Below, in pieces: positions 56,198-64,000 of a stretch of DNA of 64,000 bases; the first letter of the stretch is position 1, and each line of letters starts with the position of its first letter. Source of the DNA: Caecitellus pseudoparvulus (Eukaryota > Protista > Bigyra: Bicosoecida); NCBI GenBank assembly GCA_965644315.1, contig CBFFRQ010000047.1, forward strand, positions 32,756-96,755, read 5' to 3'. The position numbers were made by a program, and so were the translations under genes. The notes under the pieces were generated by a model that did not search any database, had not been told where the DNA came from, and was given only the letters and a program-made list of their open reading frames with translations.

Positions 56198-57057
56198 CTA
56201 GGCGAGGGAGACATCGCCCTCCTCACCGTCGTCACTGCCCCCCTCGCCAGCGGTCGAGGTGGGCGGGGGCGGGGAGCCCTGTGCCGTGCCCTGCAGCGCC
56301 AGGGCCGTCTGCAAGTCCTCGATGGTGGCCATGAGCAGCGTGAACTGCTGCCTGCGCGCCGCCAGGGCTGCCGCTGCCTTGTCCAGCTCTGCCTGTTCGA
56401 ACGCCAGCGTGGCCTCAGCAGCTCGCTGCCGCTTGGCGAGCTCTGGCCGCCCCGGCAAGGCGCACACGCGCTCCGCCAGCGCCTCGTACTCCTGCTTGTG
56501 CTCCCTGTTCACCCGCTCCTCCTGCAGCTTGGCCTTCAGGGACTGGATGTCTTCCTCTGTCGCAGCCACCGCGGCATCTGTGAGGTGGGGGGGCGGCGCT
56601 TGAGAGGCGGCGCACGAGGCTGGCCATGGGCGCCACGGCACGCACCGATGGAGCTGTGCACCGAGTCGTAGTGGGCTCGCTCAGCACTGGCAAGGTCCAG
56701 CTGACGTTGCATGCGCAGCTGCACCGTCTCCAACTCCAGCAGGCGCGTGATCAGTGCCTCCTCAGTGGCGGTGCTGGGAAGGGGGGCGGCCGGGCAGGTG
56801 GGCGGCGGAGGGGCAGGGCTTGCCTGGCGCGCCCACACACTTACATTGTGTCTGCGTCACCTGCCAGCACCGCGGCAGCAAAGGTGGAGTAGCTGGCGAT
56901 GCAGCCATGCACAGTCTCCTGGAAGCCGACAAAGCCACTGTCCTTGCTCACCAGGCGCTTGTGGGCAACTGCGTGCAAGCAGCGAGGGCAGTGCGGTACC
57001 ATGCAGCAGGCGCAACGATGAAGCACGTTTCGTCATACCTTCCTCTGCCCGCGCCAT
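56198..57057 (-). CDS. THOC7: THO complex subunit 7 (4 exons)
   Basis: Spliced MARAEEVAHKRL...ERAHY...IQSLKAKLQEERVNREHKQEYEALAERVCALPGR matches the THOC7 R..K.EY.ALA pattern. Three GT-AG introns. Confidence 0.8.
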
Positions 57058-57287
57058 GCCGCTGTTGGGCCGCCGACGGCTCTCGGCAGCGTGCGGAAAT
57101 CGATCCCCTTCAGCTAGACCGTGCGTGGCTCAGCGCAGCGTGCCACCAAGGGACGGCTGGCGAGCGAGGTCTCACACGCTGCAAGTGCACGCGTGAGGAA
57201 TAGACTGTTTTTGTATTTTGTGATGTTGGTGTTCAGCGCACGGTTCGCACATGCATTGAGGCGGGCGCAGACACAGCGCCGAGCCAC

Positions 57288-57934
57288 TCATGGCCAGGCC
57301 AGGAGCATGAGGAGCATGGAGCCAATGGCAAAAGGCGCAGGCTTGATGAAGCCGGCAAAGTCCATGGTGCGGTAGATCAGCCACTCGGTGGCAAAGTGGA
57401 TGGCGGCCACTGCGAAGCTGGCAAAGGTGGCCAGAAACACACCCCGGTTGCTCATGTCCCCCACAGTCAGCAGGCACAGGATGCACGTGAGGCTGGTCCA
57501 GATGGCAAAGGTGCGTCCATGGAGGGGTGTCACTGCGCACGGAGCAGGGCGGTAGGTCGTGCTTTTGACAGCATGAGCTTGCCCAGCGGCGCCAACTCGC
57601 TCACCGTTGCCCTTGGTGAAGACAGTGTCAGAAAAAGTCTGCGGGCGGATATATCCGGTGAAAACCGAGAAGACGCGGGCGAATGCAACGACCTGCAGGG
57701 GAGGGGCTTGCGAGATTCAGGTCGCTGCCTTGGTGCTTGGCGTGTCGCACCAGCATCACCGTGCTCGACACGGTATGCGAGGAGCCGCAGTGGGTGGGCG
57801 CTTACCAGGAGCCAGTATGGGAGGATGGACTCCACAGTGGACCTGTGCTGAGCCAAGCCCAGGGAGGCAACTGTGGAGTTGATGTGGAGGGAGAGGCTGG
57901 TGTGCAGCCCTTGAATGGCAGCTGCCAAAGACAT
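57288..57934 (-). CDS. ERG28: Ergosterol biosynthesis scaffold protein ERG28 (3 exons)
   Basis: LPYWLL|VVA...VTPLHGRTFAIWT...TFASF..A..HFATEWLIYRT. Two GT-AG introns. Confidence 0.88.
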
Positions 57935-58109
57935 GGTGCGGAATTCGAGTGGGGCAGGGCAAGTGACGACGAGTTGCAGGAAGCCAGTGAGTGGGGGCGG
58001 GCAAGTGGCGTGAGGGGCGGAGCGCGAAAAGTGTGGCCACTACATACAAGCCTTGCATTGTTCAAGGGGCCCAATGCTGCATGGGCCGGGGGGGGTCGCA
58101 CCAACCTCC

Positions 58110-60228
58110 TCACACCAACTTCAGCATGCCAGCCAAGCGGCCCAGCGCAGAGGGCGCGAACTGAAAGTCAATGAGCCCGTTTGTGAAGGGGATGGCCTGG
58201 GCCTCCTTGAAGGGGTATGCGATCTGGTCGGGGATGCCGGTGCGCACGCCCAGCGCTGCGAAGCGGTCGCTGACGACGCTCTTCATCAGGCAGCACTCGC
58301 GCAAGCCCTCCTTGCCGCCGAAGCGGTTGAAGCCGGAGGCCTTGACGCCACCGAAGGGCAGCGCCTGCACCAGGTACCCCACGCCAAAGTCGTTCACGGT
58401 GGTCATGCCGGTGTAGATGCGGCTGGCCAGGGCGTCAGCACGTGCGACGTCCTTGCAGAAGACGCTGGAGCCCAGGCCATACGCGGTGCTGTTGATCATG
58501 TTCACGGCGGCATCGTCGCTGTCGCCAGGCACCTTGATGATGGTCATGACCGGACCGAACAGCTCCTCCGACGCGATCTCCATGTCCTGCGTCACGTCAG
58601 CCAGCACCGTGGGCATGTAGAAGGCGCCCGCCACGCGCTCGCTTCCAGCGGGCAGCCCCACCAGGTCTGCCGCTGTCGCGATGCGGCCGCCCGTGAGGAC
58701 CTTGGCACCCTTGGCCACGGCGTCCTTCACCAGGCGGTCCACATGCTGCACCTGCATGACGGTGGTGGAGGCGCCCAGGTCCACGGGGTTCCACGAGCCG
58801 TCCTCTGCCACTGGCGGCCCCTGCTTCATGGCCTGCACGATGGGCACCACCGCATCCACGAACTGCTGGTGCACGGACTCGTACACGTAGAAGCGCTCGG
58901 CGCCGACGCAGTTCTGGCCGCAGTTCTGGTACGCCCCGCGCAGGGCGATCTGCACGACGCCGGGGACGTCGGCGCCCTCCGTCACCACGAAGGGGTCCTT
59001 GCCGCCCAGCTCCAGCACGACGGGGGTGAGGGTGTCTGCGGCGCCCCGCATGATGTGCTTGCCCACGCCGGGGCTGCCGGTGAAGATGACCTTGTCCACG
59101 CCGCCCTGCACCAGGGCCGCGCCGGTATCGGCATACCCCTGCACGAGGCTGACCAGGTGTGGCGAGTGCCCTGCCTTGGCCAGCACCATCTGGATCAGGC
59201 GCCCGTACACGTCGCAGGACCAGGCGCAGAACTCAGAGGGCTTGATGACGACGGCGTTGCCGGCGAAGAGCCCCGAGATGACGTGGTTGTACATGTTGTG
59301 GAAGGGGTAGTTCCAGGGCGCCAGGATGCCCAGCACGCCCAGGGGGTGCCACTCCACCCCAGCAGTCTTGTGGGTCATGACGCCGGGCACGGGGCGCTCC
59401 TCCCGCGCCAGAGCCGCCTCGCCGTGGTCGCACACCCAGTCCACCTTGGCAGCCGTCACCATCACCTCGCCCAGCAGGGCCTCCATGTCTGCGCAGCAGC
59501 GTGGCGGGGGCGTGGACAGGGGCAGTGGCGGCCTGCGCGACACTATCAGCACGCACAGGTCTTCCCGGTGTCCTGGCTGGACAGCTTGCAGATGTCCTCG
59601 CGCTGCAGCAGGCACACCGCCTTGATCATCTTCAGCACCTTGCGGCGCTCATCGAACGAAGTGGACACCCACTCCTGCTGTGCGGCGCGAGCGCGCTTGA
59701 TGGTCTCCCGCACCTCATCCGGGCTCGTCACGGCAACCTCGCCCAGGTACCCGCCTGTGGACGGATTCCAGCACTGGATGAAGCCAGGGCGAGACGCATC
59801 CTTGATGGGCTGCTCAGGATCCACAGCCTTCTTGCTTGGTGCCTCTGTGGGGGGCGCAGGTTGGACGAGCAGCGTGTCACCACCCACTTCAATTTCCGCG
59901 AACAAAGCCAGGCCGACGAACCTGGGGTGAAGTTCACCTTCACGGTGGGAATGCTTGGCTGCAGCAGAAAGGGAAGGGCAACATGACCTCTTGGCTCTCG
60001 CACAGGGGCGCTGCACGCCTCCAGCGCACTCACGGCAGTGAGGGAAGACACCACTGCGTACACCACTGCAGCGGCCGCAATCAGCCCAAGCAACACATAA
60101 GTGTCCACGTCACCGACAATCCCGTGCACAACAGCAAAAGCCCGATTCAGGGCATCTTGCACACAGTCACATTGCGCAGTGGCGACGGCTCCAGCCAGAA
60201 CGGCGAGGAGCAGCGACACCACCCTCAT
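58110..60228 (-). CDS. Membrane-anchored aldehyde dehydrogenase, ALDH22/Msc7-like (4 exons)
   Basis: Hydrophobic N-terminus, then IQCWNPSTG, PWNYPFHN, FTGSPGVG, LELGGKD, GQNC (catalytic Cys), EELFGP, LPFGGVKASG. Confidence 0.9.
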
Positions 60229-60705
60229 CTTGGTGCTGGCGACGAGCGGGCTTGCTCGAAGAAGCGGCTCCGGCGGGCACGACAGGGAAGCTGGGGCAGC
60301 ACCGTAGAAGTGAGAGGGCGTGGGGGGGGTTCGGGAAAAGTGACCTGTGCCTGCAGTCTGCTCTGGCGGGGCTGGTGTTTGGCGTGGAGTCGTGCTGGCC
60401 ATGGGATGCCGCTTCACTCCAACCACGGCAGAGAGTGGGCAGTGCACGGTCTAGGTGTGCACGGTGGGTATAATGGGCCTGCTCTCATGTGCCTGGCGGG
60501 TGGCAGCGGTGCACACCTGCGAGGCAAGAACGCCATGTCAACTGGATAGCATGGCGCCAGCACTGGCTGTCTGTGCAAATGAACAGAGTGCGCTTCAATT
60601 TTCAACAACCCTGCACTTCCTCCGCGAGCCAGGTGTCAGCACTGCCCACCTCTCAACGCCGGCTCGCAGGGCTTGTGCACTGCAGCCTTCTTCAAGTCTA
60701 CTACC

Positions 60706-61552
60706 ATGCGGCTTCTTGGGAGCGGAGTTCTCCTGGTTGCAGCAAGCCTGCTGGCAGCAGCACGCAGTGCTCAGGCGGAGGGACTACGTGGGGCAGCAGA
60801 ACCCCCCATCCCGCGATGGGGAGGCAACGACACGACCTTGCAGTGGAGCGCGTTCGTGAACATGACCGACCCGGCAGACTCCGTGCGTGCTTGAGCAGCA
60901 TTTGGCCACCTTTGCCCTGACAATCAAGCACCCACGCGCCCCCTTTCCCCCTTACAGCCAGCCCGACCGACATGGCTATTCAAGTACTTCTACAATGGAG
61001 AGGCCAAGGTCAGCAGGTGCGTGAGGAGGGCGTGGAAGCGCCTGGCGTGGTCGGCCCAGTTTCCGCATCAACCCTTTGCTGTCCACCCTGGGGCGTCACA
61101 GGTACGAACACCAGCAAGGGCAAGGGGACGAAGTGTGCGCTGGCATCTCAGGCATTCCAGGAGGCACGCCCTGCACCGTCATCAACGCAAATGACGGCAA
61201 GCTGTACCTGGACTTCCCGGCTCAGGACTTCTGCTGCACCTGTGGCTCGGCCTTCACAATCCGCTCCGACTGGCTGCTGAGCGGGGGCACGACGTACACC
61301 GGAACGTCAGTGCAGTTTGGACGCCCAGCAGACGGCTGGCTGAAGTATGGCAACGAGGCCAACCACTACTACGCCACCCAGGACGGCACGCAGGCCCCAA
61401 TTGGATACCGTGAGCACAAGTCCAGCGGCCTGAAGCAGTGGGAGTTCTTGCAGTGGGCAGCCGGCCCCCAGGACTCCAGTCTGTTTGACCCACCCTCAGA
61501 CTCGTGCAAGGCGGCACAGTGCCAAAGCCATGCTTGCCAGGTGCTCTCATAG
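60706..61552 (+). CDS. Small secreted Cys-containing protein, possibly ependymin-related/lysosomal type (3 exons)
   Basis: Signal peptide MRLLGSGVLLVAASLLAAA. Two GTGCGT...CAG introns. Motifs LYLDFP...FCCTC, IRSDWL and SLFDPPSDSC...C...C. Confidence 0.65.
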
Positions 61553-61785
61553 GCGTGGGTGTCTCACTCGGATTGCTGGTTCAAGGTTCGCCTTGGCTAC
61601 GGGCCCGCAGCTTACTCAACGGCAGACAATGCACGCTGGGGGCTGTTTCTGGACCAGTATTACTTTCAGGGTGCTTTGTGAGGGATTACTGGGAGATGTG
61701 GCCTCTGTCTTGCTTCGCTCTATGTCCAGGGCGCGGGGGGCGAGGGCGGCATGGGGTGAGATGGGGTGCATTCTGGGCATGATGG

Positions 61786-63831
61786 TCATGCGTGCACGGT
61801 GCGAATGTGTCTCTTGAGACTGCCAGCCTGTGTAAATGCCTTGTCACAGTGTGGGCAGTGGTGATCGCTGGACCCCTCGTGCACGGTGCGGATGTGGGTC
61901 TTGAGATTACCAGCCCTACCGAAGGCCTTGTCACAGTGTGGGCAGTGGTGGTCTCGTGCACCTTCGTGCACGGTGCGAATGTGGATCTTGAGATCGCCAG
62001 CCTGACCGAAGGCCTTGTCACAGTGTGGGCAGTGGTGGTCTCTGGCACCCCCGTGAACGGTGCGAATGTGCTTCTTGAGGCTGCCAGCCTCGCCGAACGC
62101 CTTGTCACAGTGTGGGCAGTGGTGGTCTCGGGCGCCTTCATGGACGGTGCGGATGTGGGTCTTGAGATTACCAGCCTGTCCAAACGCCTTGTCACAGTGT
62201 GGGCAGTGGTGGTCTCTGGCATCCTCGTGCACGGTGCGAATGTGCTTCTTGAGGTGACCAGCCTCGCTGAATGCCTTGTCACAGTGTGGGCAGTGGTGAT
62301 CCTTTGCTCTCTCGTGGACGGTGCGGATGTGTCTCTTGAGGTTGTCAACCTGCCCAAACGCCTTGTCACAGTGTGGGCAGTGGTGGTTTCGTGCACCTTC
62401 ATGGACGGTGCGGATGTGCCTCTTGAGGTGACCAGCCTCGCTGAATGCCTTGTCACAGTGTGGGCAGTGGTGATCCTTGGCGCCTTCATGGACGGTGCGG
62501 ATGTGGGTCTTGAGGTGACCAGCCGTGCCAAATGCCTTGTCACAATGCGGGCAGTGGTGGTTTCGCGCGCCCTCGTGTACGGTGCGGATGTGGGTCTTGA
62601 GGCTGCAAGCCGTGCCAAATGCCTTGTCACAGTGTGGACAGTGGTGGTCTCGTGCACCCTCATGGACGGTGCGGATGTGGGTCTTGAGATTACCAGCCCT
62701 ACCGAAGGCCTTGTCACAGTGTGGACAGTGGTGGTCTTTGGCGCCCTGGTGAACGGTGTGGATGTGTGTCTTGAGGCTGCCAGCCACGGTGAATGTCTTG
62801 TCACAGTGTGGGCAGTGGTGGTCTCTGGCGCCCTCGTGCACAGTGCGGACATGCTTCCTCAGATACGCAGCTCCACTGAAGCTCTTCCCACACACAATGC
62901 ACACCACTCGACCACCCGCACCTGCTCCCCCATGGCACTCACGCCTGTGCTTCTCCACAGCGCCCCACGACGCCAACACCACATCGCACAGCATGCACCG
63001 AGGCACGCCCTGCACACGCGCTCCCGCGCCTCGCCCCACATCTGCGCTCGCCGCCCCACCCATCTCGCCCTCGCCCACGCCCTCGCCCTTGCTCTCGCCA
63101 CGCGGCATGCTCGCTCCCACATCGCCCATGGCGTCGTCCCCGCGTCCATTGCCGTCACGGGTGCCACTGTCCGCCTCCTCACATGACACCGTGCTGCCAC
63201 TGCTGCCACTGCTGTCGCTGTCACTGCCGTCGCTGCCGTCACTGTCCCACTCGCTGCCACTGCTGTGGCCCCCGTCGCCACCACCGCCGCTGCACTCCTT
63301 GGCCCCACCCACACCCACATACCCTCTTGTCCCCCACTCCTCACAGCTGCTTGACCCCCCACTGCTCGTGACCGTCAACCCGCCACAACTTGCTCCGCCA
63401 CACCGACCACCACCGACCACACCGCCCACACCCACCTTCCACAATACCATGTCCGCCACCGTCCGCTGACGCCACTGGGCAGACCATGACGGCAGCTCAC
63501 CCTGCAGTGCCGCGACGCCTGTGCGCTTCACGCCCTCCAGCCGCTCCACCTGCGCCGCTGACTCTCCACACACCTCACCACCATGCCCTGCGCCCACGCT
63601 CTGACCGTCGCCACACAACGCGCCCCCACTACACCCCGTCACACCACCCGGCACCTCGCCAGCACACGCTGCGCCACGCTTCCTCTTGCAGGGACTGGCC
63701 TGGCCTCCCGCCAGCCTGCGCTTCGCGCCCCCCACGGCGCTCACTCTGCCCGCTTGCGTTGCAGGCGCTGCGCCGTGCCTCAAACTGCGCCGGCACGCCA
63801 CGCCGGGCTGCCTCGTGCCCACGCAGCTCAT
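61786..63831 (-). CDS. C2H2 zinc-finger protein with 14 fingers (12 near-identical tandem fingers)
   Basis: ATG at 63831. Gly/Ser-rich N-terminus with basic NLS-like stretches (AKRRL, KRKR), two divergent fingers, then 12x HHCPHCDKxFxxxxxLKxHIxTVH. Intronless. Confidence 0.93.
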   Translation of the reverse strand: MSCVGTRQPGVACRRSLRHGAAPATQAGRVSAVGGAKRRLAGGQASPCKRKRGAACAGEVPGGVTGCSGGALCGDGQSVGAGHGGEVCGESAAQVERLEGVKRTGVAALQGELPSWSAQWRQRTVADMVLWKVGVGGVVGGGRCGGASCGGLTVTSSGGSSSCEEWGTRGYVGVGGAKECSGGGGDGGHSSGSEWDSDGSDGSDSDSSGSSGSTVSCEEADSGTRDGNGRGDDAMGDVGASMPRGESKGEGVGEGEMGGAASADVGRGAGARVQGVPRCMLCDVVLASWGAVEKHRRECHGGAGAGGRVVCIVCGKSFSGAAYLRKHVRTVHEGARDHHCPHCDKTFTVAGSLKTHIHTVHQGAKDHHCPHCDKAFGRAGNLKTHIRTVHEGARDHHCPHCDKAFGTACSLKTHIRTVHEGARNHHCPHCDKAFGTAGHLKTHIRTVHEGAKDHHCPHCDKAFSEAGHLKRHIRTVHEGARNHHCPHCDKAFGQVDNLKRHIRTVHERAKDHHCPHCDKAFSEAGHLKKHIRTVHEDARDHHCPHCDKAFGQAGNLKTHIRTVHEGARDHHCPHCDKAFGEAGSLKKHIRTVHGGARDHHCPHCDKAFGQAGDLKIHIRTVHEGARDHHCPHCDKAFGRAGNLKTHIRTVHEGSSDHHCPHCDKAFTQAGSLKRHIRTVHA
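61792..62835. repeat. 87-bp tandem repeat, 12 copies (zinc-finger minisatellite)
   Basis: The core CCTTGTCACAGTGTGGGCAGTGGTG recurs with 87-bp periodicity; 12 x 87 = 1044 bp. Confidence 0.97.
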
Positions 63832-64000
63832 GATGGGAGTGGGGGGGGAGGGCAGCAATGTGCAGTTTGTCTGGTGTGTTGCATGTGATGTGTGCAGTGT
63901 GTGGCTGGGAAGTGGTGTGCGGGGGGAAGTGTGGGGGGGGGTGTGGCAGGAGAGACTCGCCGGCGAGCTGCTCGGGCTGCGCGCTCGACTCCACACGCCC

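Noticed and set aside
61792-63186. 464-aa plus-strand ORF with hydrophobic repeats (and the 388-aa alternative-frame ORF)
   Set aside because: These are shadows of the zinc-finger repeat; a stop-free unit repeated in tandem gives long open alternative frames.
61786-63831. True PRDM9 or KRAB-ZNF orthologue
   Set aside because: No PR/SET, KRAB or SSXRD motif is visible, and the finger spacing and linker differ. Only the evolutionary pattern is similar.
1-64000. Prokaryotic operons, rRNA/tRNA genes, transposons, endogenous virus or introner elements
   Set aside because: Spliceosomal introns and eukaryote-specific genes occur throughout. I recognised no RNA gene, transposase, integrase or capsid motif, and the introns do not resemble each other beyond splice signals. 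Small ncRNAs could be missed by eye.

Overview
This is a gene-dense, GC-rich eukaryotic nuclear window, not a prokaryotic one. I can support about 21 protein-coding genes; the conserved ones are split by short GT-AG introns (mostly 63-100 nt, very often with a GTGCGT donor). In order: a 5'-truncated giant low-complexity ORF, a crotonase-HAD fusion ending in PTS1, OSGEP/KAE1, a coiled-coil protein with a (GGAPPAR)n tail, eIF5A, MLH1, TRAPPC2, SDHAF2, DPH3, an MSS51-C-like protein, a CFAP144/FAM183-like protein, a secreted double-PA-domain protein, a ~4.7k-aa cadherin/IPT multipass receptor, V-ATPase subunit A, DNAI7/CASC1, a giant cNMP-binding-domain protein, THOC7, ERG28, an ALDH22-like dehydrogenase, a small secreted Cys-rich protein and a 14-finger C2H2 protein. 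The axonemal genes plus the multipass cadherin suggest a flagellated stramenopile-like protist (inference). Best candidates for novelty: (1) a homogenised zinc-finger minisatellite that varies mainly at DNA-contact positions (PRDM9-like behaviour without a SET domain); (2) the giant cadherin-IPT receptor, head-to-head with a PA/J-like protein; (3) the peroxisomal crotonase-HAD fusion; (4) MLH1 and TRAPPC2 sharing overlapping stop codons. All family calls come from motif recognition by eye; no searches were run. No rRNA, tRNA, CRISPR or transposase was recognised.
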